Of a DNA stretch of 32,000 nucleotides, positions 1 to 6,489 are shown in pieces; the first letter of the stretch is position 1; each line of letters begins with the position of its first letter. Location: positions 120,001-152,000 of the forward strand of contig JAFCEL010000001.1 in assembly GCA_017609205.1 (NCBI GenBank), in the 5' to 3' direction. Origin of the DNA: Candidatus Saccharimonadota bacterium (GTDB lineage: Archaea > Nanobdellota > Nanobdellia > Pacearchaeales > GW2011-AR1). Below the pieces are notes generated by a model. That model was not told the DNA's origin and made no database searches. It saw only the letters and a program-made list of their open reading frames with translations. The position numbers and the translations under genes were made by a program.

Positions 1-1
1 C

Positions 2-367
2 AAAAGCACTGCTAGAGAAGCAGTTACAAAATTTGGAGATAAAAATATTGAACTTGTATGCGACGATGTTGAATTTGATGCAAGTTATTCCAATAGGGTT
101 CTATATGTTTCAAATCTAGGAAATGTCCCAATTTACAGCCTTAACTTAAAGGAATATCAGCAAGATGGTTATGTAACCGAAGATATAAGAGATATTAGCG
201 AAAGCTGGCCTGCAGCAGGTTTATCACAAGGAGGGACTTTCTCAGAGAAAATAGATTTTAGCAGAGCCACAAGAGTAATATTAATCCCTATCCTTGCTGG
301 AAACTCTGAATCAGGACAAAAGACAGTTCCATGCGAAGAAAAAGACGGTATAGAAATTGCAATCTAA
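2..367 (+). CDS. C-terminal fragment of a hypothetical protein from the pilus locus; the 5' end lies outside the window
   Basis: Frame 2 is open from the window edge to TAA at 365-367 (translation ...VLYVSNLGNVPIYSLNLKEYQQDGY...GIEIAI*). It is absent from the ORF track because it has no start in the window. It ends 1 nt before the ATG of the next pilin gene, and no TATA-like box lies between them. Confidence 0.5.
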   Translation, partial: KSTAREAVTKFGDKNIELVCDDVEFDASYSNRVLYVSNLGNVPIYSLNLKEYQQDGYVTEDIRDISESWPAAGLSQGGTFSEKIDFSRATRVILIPILAGNSESGQKTVPCEEKDGIEIAI

Positions 368-368
368 A

Positions 369-863
369 ATGAAATTTAAAAGAGGTATTTCTGGTGTAAT
401 TGCAATGGTTCTTATGATCGCGATTACATTAGTTGCAACAGGGATTGTCTGGGGAGTCGTAAATAATCTAATAAATAGTAAGACAAAAAGCTCAGAATGT
501 ATTGATGTGTTTGAGAAGGTTCTCATAAACAACTATTACACTTGTTATAATTCAAGTTCAAAAGAGTTAAACGTCGCTGTTGAATTAAAAAATGTCAATA
601 TAGATAGTGTTCTCATAGGAATTTATGGAGAAAGTCAGTCCACAAATTTTGAATTGCCTTCTTCTGGATATTCCCATGTCAGACCATATAATGGAAGTTA
701 TGGAGACAGTCTTACACTTCCTTCGCAAAATTCTGCAGTAACCTATATAGTAGACATAAACAGTTTAGGAATAGGAAACCCTTCAATTATAAAAATCTCA
801 CCAAAAATAAGAGATTACCAATGTGAAGTTTCTGATACAATTATGAATATTGAAGAATGTTAG
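369..863 (+). CDS. Archaeal type IV pilin-like protein with a class III signal peptide
   Basis: The N-terminus MKFKRG/ISGVIAMVLMIAITLVATGIVW has a short basic leader, a Gly, then about 20 hydrophobic residues, as in archaeal Pilin_N (DUF1628-type) proteins. I prefer the ATG at 369 over the TTG at 357 used by the ORF track. Confidence 0.75.
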   Translation: MKFKRGISGVIAMVLMIAITLVATGIVWGVVNNLINSKTKSSECIDVFEKVLINNYYTCYNSSSKELNVAVELKNVNIDSVLIGIYGESQSTNFELPSSGYSHVRPYNGSYGDSLTLPSQNSAVTYIVDINSLGIGNPSIIKISPKIRDYQCEVSDTIMNIEEC

Positions 864-870
864 TCAAAAC

Positions 871-880
871 ATTAATAAAG
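871..880 (+). promoter_or_regulatory. TATA-like box upstream of the pilin-like gene at 901
   Basis: attaataaag is centred about 26 nt upstream of the ATG, and no Shine-Dalgarno-like sequence is present. Confidence 0.4.
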
Positions 881-900
881 TTATTTGAGATATTTCTAAT

Positions 901-1449
901 ATGAAAAGAGGTATCAATGAGAAATCCATTAAAAACAAACTAGGTCAAATATGGATTGAAACAGTTATTTACACACTGATAGCAATGGTTCTAATCGGAT
1001 TAGTGCTGTCGTTTGCAAAGCCAAAAATAGAAGAGTTTCGCGATAGATCTTCTATTGAAAGAACAATCAACATTATCAAAGAGATTGATAATTCTATAGA
1101 AGAAATAAGAAAAGAAGGATTTGGAAATAAAAGGGTTATTGAGTTCTCATTAGTAGATGGAGAGATACAGATTAATGGAGTAAATGACTCAATTATTTTT
1201 GAGATTGATAGTCGCTACGAATATAGTGAACCAGGAAAAACCTTCAGCAAAAATGGGATGAATATTACTACTGAAAATTTCGGTAAATACAAAAAGGTAA
1301 AAATAATAAAACCCTATTCATATAATATTACATATAATGGAGGTGACTTATCAAAAATCTTTAGTAAAGCGTCAACACCCTATAAGATATCCTTGACAAA
1401 CAAAGGTTTTACAGAAGATAAATTAGTAATTGATATATCCTTAATTTAA
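901..1449 (+). CDS. Pilin-like protein with a longer leader and a G/QIWIE motif
   Basis: The N-terminus MKRGINEKSIKNKLG/QIWIETVIYTLIAMVLIGLVLSFA has a basic leader, a Gly, a Glu at +5, and a hydrophobic helix. It lies in the pilus locus and has its own TATA-like box at 871-880. Confidence 0.55.
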   Translation: MKRGINEKSIKNKLGQIWIETVIYTLIAMVLIGLVLSFAKPKIEEFRDRSSIERTINIIKEIDNSIEEIRKEGFGNKRVIEFSLVDGEIQINGVNDSIIFEIDSRYEYSEPGKTFSKNGMNITTENFGKYKKVKIIKPYSYNITYNGGDLSKIFSKASTPYKISLTNKGFTEDKLVIDISLI

Positions 1450-1450
1450 A

Positions 1451-3013
1451 ATGTTCACAAAAAAGACAACAAACCAGATAAAGAATTATCAGAGAGTACC
1501 TATAAACTTCTATCCTAAGATTCCTGATCTAAAAAAAATAAGTGACAAAACAAAGATTAATATTCGTTATCCCTTAATAGAGCCATTTGCTTTTGCGCAT
1601 ATTTACTGGAACCCAAAAGTCTATGAATTAAATTATGAAATCGAAGAGCCTGTTATGACAATTGAAGAAAGTGAGATAAAAGACAAAATAGTGGCTGTTA
1701 TGAAAGAAATAATTGATTTTGAGGAAGTTATTGAAAAAAATGAAGAAAAATTAATGGAATATATTGATGAAAGATTCAAATTCCTTGCAACAGAAATGGG
1801 GATGGACATCCCTTATGACAGTTATAAAAAAATATATTATTATCTATGCAGGGATTTTATTGGATTTAATGAACTTGACCCTTTGTTAAGAGATTTTTTT
1901 GTGGAAGATGTTGAATGCAACGGTATCAATACTCCTGTTTATGTCGTGCATCGTATTTACAGAAATCTAAAAACAAACTTGGTTTATAAGAATACAGACA
2001 TATTAGAAGCATTTGTAGAGAAACTAGCTCAGAGATGTGGAAAATACATTTCTTATTCAAAACCGATTTTAGACGGAACTTTGCCAGACGGAAGCCGTGT
2101 TAATGCTACTTATACAAAAGATATAACTTCGCGAGGACCTACATTTACTATAAGAAAATTCACAAAAGTTCCATGGACACCTCCTCACCTAATATTATTT
2201 GAAACTCTAAGTCCTGAAGCCCTTGCTTATTTATGGCTTCTTATCCAATATAAGATGAGTTTACTAATCGTAGGTGGGACATCTTCAGGTAAAACGACTC
2301 TTCTGAATGCTCTTGCTTTTTTTATTCCCCCTGAAATGAGAGTTGTAAGCATTGAAGATACAAGAGAAGTAAATCTCCCAAGAGAAAATTGGTTGCCGAG
2401 TGTTACAAGAAGTGCAACAGGTTTAGACAAAAGCGGAGAAATTGATTTATTTGAATTGTTAAAAACTTCTTTTCGACAAAACCCCGAGTATGTTATTGTT
2501 GGAGAAGTCAGAGGTAAAGAAGCTTATGTTCTATTTCAGGGTATGGCGTCTGGACACGCCTCAATCTCCACCATGCACGCTGATTCTGTTGAGACTGTTA
2601 TAAAGAGATTGCAGACACCTCCTATTGAACTTTCACCCACCTTGCTTGATGTTCTCGACTGTGTATGTGTAATGACTCATGCAACAGTTAATAAACAGGA
2701 AACAAGAAAGTTAAAAGAAATAGTTGAGATTGTAAATGTCGACGATGAGGGAATTGCAAATACAAATACTCCTTTTATGTGGAATCCTGCAGATAATCAA
2801 TTTTATTTTAAAACAAATAGCAGAATAATAGATAAAATACGCCAAAGATATGGCCTTGGTCAAGGAGAACTTGAAAAAGAATTCAGAAGAAGAATTCAAT
2901 TGATTTACCAATTATATAAGAGAAAAATCCTCGATTTTAGAGAGGTTCAAAACATAATCAATGAATACTATAAAAAACCAGATAATGTATTAAAAAGGTT
3001 CGGAATTAAATAA
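1451..3013 (+). CDS. Type IV pilus/archaellum-family secretion ATPase (FlaI/PilB/VirB11 superfamily)
   Basis: Walker A is VGGTSSGKTTLLNAL, Walker B/Asp box is RVVSIEDTREVNL, and the His box is GHASISTMHADS. The VECNGINTPVYVVHRIY region is typical of FlaI-like ATPases. Confidence 0.93.
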   Translation: MFTKKTTNQIKNYQRVPINFYPKIPDLKKISDKTKINIRYPLIEPFAFAHIYWNPKVYELNYEIEEPVMTIEESEIKDKIVAVMKEIIDFEEVIEKNEEKLMEYIDERFKFLATEMGMDIPYDSYKKIYYYLCRDFIGFNELDPLLRDFFVEDVECNGINTPVYVVHRIYRNLKTNLVYKNTDILEAFVEKLAQRCGKYISYSKPILDGTLPDGSRVNATYTKDITSRGPTFTIRKFTKVPWTPPHLILFETLSPEALAYLWLLIQYKMSLLIVGGTSSGKTTLLNALAFFIPPEMRVVSIEDTREVNLPRENWLPSVTRSATGLDKSGEIDLFELLKTSFRQNPEYVIVGEVRGKEAYVLFQGMASGHASISTMHADSVETVIKRLQTPPIELSPTLLDVLDCVCVMTHATVNKQETRKLKEIVEIVNVDDEGIANTNTPFMWNPADNQFYFKTNSRIIDKIRQRYGLGQGELEKEFRRRIQLIYQLYKRKILDFREVQNIINEYYKKPDNVLKRFGIK

Positions 3014-3026
3014 AATTCCTTAGCAA

Positions 3027-3040
3027 AATATTTAATAAAG
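3027..3040 (+). promoter_or_regulatory. TATA-like box upstream of the 54-aa ORF and platform genes
   Basis: atatttaataaag is centred about 25 nt upstream of the ATG at 3059. Confidence 0.4.
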
Positions 3041-3058
3041 TGTTTTTCTTTTGATTAT

Positions 3059-3223
3059 ATGGAAAAAGAGCGTGGTTTGATTCTTAATCAATTAGCAAGG
3101 TCTCTTGAAGAAGCAGAAATAAAACTTGAAGAAGCATACAAAAAAGAGGATTATGATAGATTTAACAAATTAAAAAAAATGATTACTGAAATACAGGCAA
3201 GAATTTTAGAAGAAATAAAATGA
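3059..3223 (+). CDS. Small (54 aa) charged coiled-coil protein of unknown function
   Basis: The ATG at 3059 gives MEKERGLILNQLARSLEEAEIKLEEAYKKEDYDRFNKLKKMITEIQARILEEIK*. The stop TGA (3221-3223) overlaps the ATG (3220) of the platform gene in an ATGA junction. A TATA-like box at 3027-3040 sits about 25 nt upstream. The ORF is below the 60-aa cutoff of the ORF track. Confidence 0.45.
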   Translation: MEKERGLILNQLARSLEEAEIKLEEAYKKEDYDRFNKLKKMITEIQARILEEIK

Positions 3224-4488
3224 TTTCTCCCAGTAAGGACATATTCATTGAACTTAAAAAAACAGGTTCAAAAGAGAGAAGAATTCTGAAAGAGATAATA
3301 ACTCTTCTCAAAGAATTTGAAAATTCAAAAGGAGAAGAAAAAAATATGATTTCTTCTGAATTAACCTCATTAAAAAAAAGGATAGAGGAGTATATAAAAG
3401 AATACACAAGAAAATTAGAAAGTTTAAAGTTAATAAAAAAATTAGAGAAAAAAAGCAGTTTGGAATTGACAAAACAAGAAAAAAAACAGAAAGAAAGAAA
3501 GAGTCTTCCTTTAGAAAGAGAAATTATAAAAAGATTTGGAAAGAAAGAGAGAAAAGACGCATTTAGAAAGTCCAATAAACCAAGAGTCTATGTTGAATTT
3601 GCAAACAGATTATTTTTTAGATTCTCAGAGAGGCTTATTCAAAAATACCATCTTAAAAACCTCAAGAAGAATCTTGTCAAAGCAAATATGCAATTTATTC
3701 CTGAAAATTATGTTTCAGTTATAATTCTTACAACAATTATTACAATATTTGTAGGGTTCTTTATCTCTCTTTTCTTAATTTTATTTGATGTTAGTCTTAG
3801 ATTTCCTTTTATTTCTTTCACCAAAGAATCCCTCTTAATAAGAATTGCAAAGTATTCCTGGATATTTTTTGTTCTTCCTACAGCAACAGGTCTCTTACTT
3901 TATTTCTACCCATCACTAGAAAGAAAATCAATTGCAAGTAAAATTGATCAAGAACTGCCCTTTGCAACTATCCATATGGCTGCGATTTGCGAAGCAATAT
4001 TAAATCCAAAAAGAATATTTCAGATTTTAATAAAGACAGGAGAATATGAGGAATTAAGAAAAGAGTTTACAAAATTATTAAATGAAATAAATCTCCACGG
4101 AATGAATCTCGTGGCTGCTCTTAGAAATAGCGCTATTAAAAGCCCTAGTTCTAATCTTACAGATTTATTTAATGGGCTTGCAACAACTATAACTTCTGGT
4201 GGGGAATTAAAAGAATTTTTTGAAAAGCGTTCACAAACCCTCTTATTCGAGCATAAGATAGAAAGAGAAAAAAGCACAAAAGTTGCTGAAACATTTATGG
4301 ACATATATATAAGCATTGTTATTGCGGCTCCAATGATATTCATGCTTTTATTAATGATAATGAATATAAGTGGAATCGGATTAAACCTAACACCCAATGC
4401 AATAAGCCTAATAATAATCCTTGGCGTGATAGTAGTTAATATAATCTTCTTAATGTTTATGCAATTAAAACAACCTTCAGAACAATAA
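3220..4488 (+). CDS. Pilus platform protein, N-terminal half (single T2SSF domain, FlaJ/TadC-like) with a Lys/Glu-rich N-terminal extension
   Basis: About 140 aa of KE-rich predicted coiled coil come first, followed by TM segments. A T2SSF-like cytoplasmic domain follows (ELPFATIHMAAICEAILNP...LFNGLATTITSGGELKEFFEKRS), then C-terminal TM helices. Confidence 0.8.
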   Translation: MISPSKDIFIELKKTGSKERRILKEIITLLKEFENSKGEEKNMISSELTSLKKRIEEYIKEYTRKLESLKLIKKLEKKSSLELTKQEKKQKERKSLPLEREIIKRFGKKERKDAFRKSNKPRVYVEFANRLFFRFSERLIQKYHLKNLKKNLVKANMQFIPENYVSVIILTTIITIFVGFFISLFLILFDVSLRFPFISFTKESLLIRIAKYSWIFFVLPTATGLLLYFYPSLERKSIASKIDQELPFATIHMAAICEAILNPKRIFQILIKTGEYEELRKEFTKLLNEINLHGMNLVAALRNSAIKSPSSNLTDLFNGLATTITSGGELKEFFEKRSQTLLFEHKIEREKSTKVAETFMDIYISIVIAAPMIFMLLLMIMNISGIGLNLTPNAISLIIILGVIVVNIIFLMFMQLKQPSEQ

Positions 4489-5304
4489 ATGGAAATCAAA
4501 AAGATAAACATAATAGGAATAGTGACAGGAATAGTCCTCTTGGGATGTTCCTTTTTTCTTTTTGGAACCAAATGGTTCTTTCTTATAATTGGTATAGGAA
4601 TAATTTCAGGAGTCAGTCCTTTTGTTTATTCTATCATAAAGAGGAATGTAATTGCTTCTGAAAAAGAAGAGATGTTTCTCGAGTTTATGAGGAATCTTGC
4701 AGAGAGTGTCAAAATAGGAACTCCTATCAGCAAGAGTATAGTCAATGTTAGAAAAAAACCATATGGTGTATTAAGCGAAAACGTAAGAAAAATGGCAAAT
4801 CAAATCTTAATTGGAATTCCTCTTAATAAAGCATTAGAAACTTTTGCAAAAGATGTCAAGAATAAAAATATTTCAAGAGCATTAAAATTAATTGGGCAAG
4901 CAGAGAGAGCTGGAGGAGATATTGGACAAATATTAGAGTCAGTCACGAATGCTGTAACAATCTCTGACAAATTAAGAAAAGAAAGAAAAGCAGCAATATC
5001 TAATCTTGTTGTGCAAGGATATATTATTTTTCTTATTTTTATAGTAATTGTTCTTGTTATGCAATTTAAAATATTCCCGATGATAGCGGGAATTACTGGT
5101 GCTGGAAACACAGGGGGAGCACAAATAAATGCACAGGAAATTGGAAATTCATTTATTTATCTTATGTTGGTTCAGGGTTTTTTCAGTGGATTAACAATAG
5201 GTAAACTTTCAGAAGGAGATTTTAAGAAAGGAATAAAACATTCATTTGCTCTGATGGTATTAGCATTTATGATATCTACAGCAGCAAATGTCGTCTTGGG
5301 ATAA
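4489..5304 (+). CDS. Pilus platform protein, C-terminal half (single T2SSF domain, FlaJ/TadB-like)
   Basis: Two N-terminal TM helices are followed by a T2SSF-like domain (FLEFMRNLAESVKIGTPISKSI...LIGQAERAGGDIGQILESV) and three TM helices. The ATG directly abuts the TAA of the preceding gene. Confidence 0.8.
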   Translation: MEIKKINIIGIVTGIVLLGCSFFLFGTKWFFLIIGIGIISGVSPFVYSIIKRNVIASEKEEMFLEFMRNLAESVKIGTPISKSIVNVRKKPYGVLSENVRKMANQILIGIPLNKALETFAKDVKNKNISRALKLIGQAERAGGDIGQILESVTNAVTISDKLRKERKAAISNLVVQGYIIFLIFIVIVLVMQFKIFPMIAGITGAGNTGGAQINAQEIGNSFIYLMLVQGFFSGLTIGKLSEGDFKKGIKHSFALMVLAFMISTAANVVLG

Positions 5305-5306
5305 GA

Positions 5307-5990
5307 ATGTTAGATAAAAAAGGATCACATATCGGATTTATGCTGTCTTTTTCTATTTTTGTTGTATTTCTAATTTTTGCATATGGAGCAATTAATTATG
5401 GACTAAAAAGCCACGAGAATAAAAAGTATGTATTAGAAAACCTTAAGAAAAAATTTATAGATAAAATAGAATCTTCACTAATAATCGTCACGCTTTTTGA
5501 GAATTCTTCAGGATATAACTGCATCAGTTTAGATGCAAGTAATTTTTCGCAATATAATTATATTGCAAGAAAAGGTGAAAGTGTAGTTCCATCTTATAAA
5601 AACGGAGACATATTAAGAATAGAATATGATGGAAATCCTGCCTTGTTCAAAGTCTATTTTTCAAAAGAAAGATTCAATAATTATCCAACGGAAAACTCAG
5701 GTTGCACTATCTCTTCTATAAGAAAAATTAGCAAGAAAAAAGAGATTTTTGAAACAAAAATTATCTCCTTGAAAAATAATTATAGTATTTTTTATGATAA
5801 GTTAAAAGAAGATATGGAATTCCCTTCTGAAAAAGATTTTGGGTTTTCATTTGAATATGAAAATGGAACCACAATAGAAACACCAGAAAGAAAGATAACA
5901 GGAGAAATTTATATAGAAGAAATTCCAATAAACTATATTGATTTAAATGGTAATTTTTCCAGAGGGAAAATTAAATTAAAAGTATGGTGA
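5307..5990 (+). CDS. Hypothetical N-terminally anchored protein, possibly a minor pilin or pilus accessory protein
   Basis: The N-terminus MLDKKG/SHIGFMLSFSIFVVFLIFAYGAI resembles a class III signal peptide. The gene starts 2 nt after the platform gene. Confidence 0.45.
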   Translation: MLDKKGSHIGFMLSFSIFVVFLIFAYGAINYGLKSHENKKYVLENLKKKFIDKIESSLIIVTLFENSSGYNCISLDASNFSQYNYIARKGESVVPSYKNGDILRIEYDGNPALFKVYFSKERFNNYPTENSGCTISSIRKISKKKEIFETKIISLKNNYSIFYDKLKEDMEFPSEKDFGFSFEYENGTTIETPERKITGEIYIEEIPINYIDLNGNFSRGKIKLKVW

Positions 5991-6463
5991 CGAAAGACAG
6001 AGAAAATAAAAGAAGGTTTCTTTTTAATACTCTTTCAGAAGATCGTAGAGCATGGATAAGAATGGTTGAAGCAGTTATTGCCATCTCATTAATATCTACC
6101 ATGCTGATAGTATTTGTCACAGAAGAGAATGTTAAAAAAGATTTTAACTCAAATATTTATAAACTTGAAGTAAATTTGCTAAGATCTATCGAAAATAATG
6201 ACGAAATAAGGAATGATATAATCAATATAGAGAATCTTCCTTCTGAATGGAATGATGGAGACTTCCCAACAGGTATTAAAAATATGATAAATAACAGCAA
6301 ACCTAATTACCTAAATTGTAATGCAAAGATTTGTGATATTAGAGATAAATGTGATATTAATGAAGACCAAAAGAAAGATATTTATTCACGTTCTGTTGGT
6401 ATTTTTACAAATGAAAGAGAATACAATCCAAGGCAATTGAGGTTATTTTGTTGGGAAGAATAA
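5984..6463 (+). CDS. Hypothetical pilin-like protein
   Basis: A 23-aa basic leader is followed by AWIRMVEAVIAISLISTMLIVFV, a hydrophobic helix with an early Glu similar to that in the 901-1449 protein. The gene overlaps the upstream gene by 7 nt (ATGGTGA). Confidence 0.45.
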   Translation: MVTKDRENKRRFLFNTLSEDRRAWIRMVEAVIAISLISTMLIVFVTEENVKKDFNSNIYKLEVNLLRSIENNDEIRNDIINIENLPSEWNDGDFPTGIKNMINNSKPNYLNCNAKICDIRDKCDINEDQKKDIYSRSVGIFTNEREYNPRQLRLFCWEE

Positions 6464-6489
6464 AACAGAAGTTGGATATAGATTTACTT

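Noticed and set aside
357-368. The ORF track starts the first pilin gene at a TTG at 357.
   Set aside because: The ATG at 369 yields a canonical short basic leader (MKFKRG). The TTG version would overlap the upstream ORF's stop, and TTG is not used at other starts here.
3183-4571. Long antisense ORFs lie inside the platform genes (3183-3575 -, 4020-4571 -). Similar shadow ORFs occur elsewhere, for example 311-532 -, 6539-7089 +, 8995-9282 -, 12427-12669 -, 13224-13832 -, 16195-16470 +, 21482-21994 -, 25049-25753 - and 31318-31999 -.
   Set aside because: They translate to low-complexity Phe/Ile/Leu/Ser-rich sequences typical of the reverse strand of Lys/Glu/Asn-rich AT-rich genes. They lack TATA-spaced starts and overlap genes with strong motif support.
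2-6463. I considered that the locus might be an archaellum (fla) operon.
   Set aside because: There is no FlaH-like KaiC ATPase, no FlaF/FlaG/FlaC-E, and no archaellin-type genes. The pilin-like genes are short and heterogeneous, so a non-motility type IV pilus is the better call.
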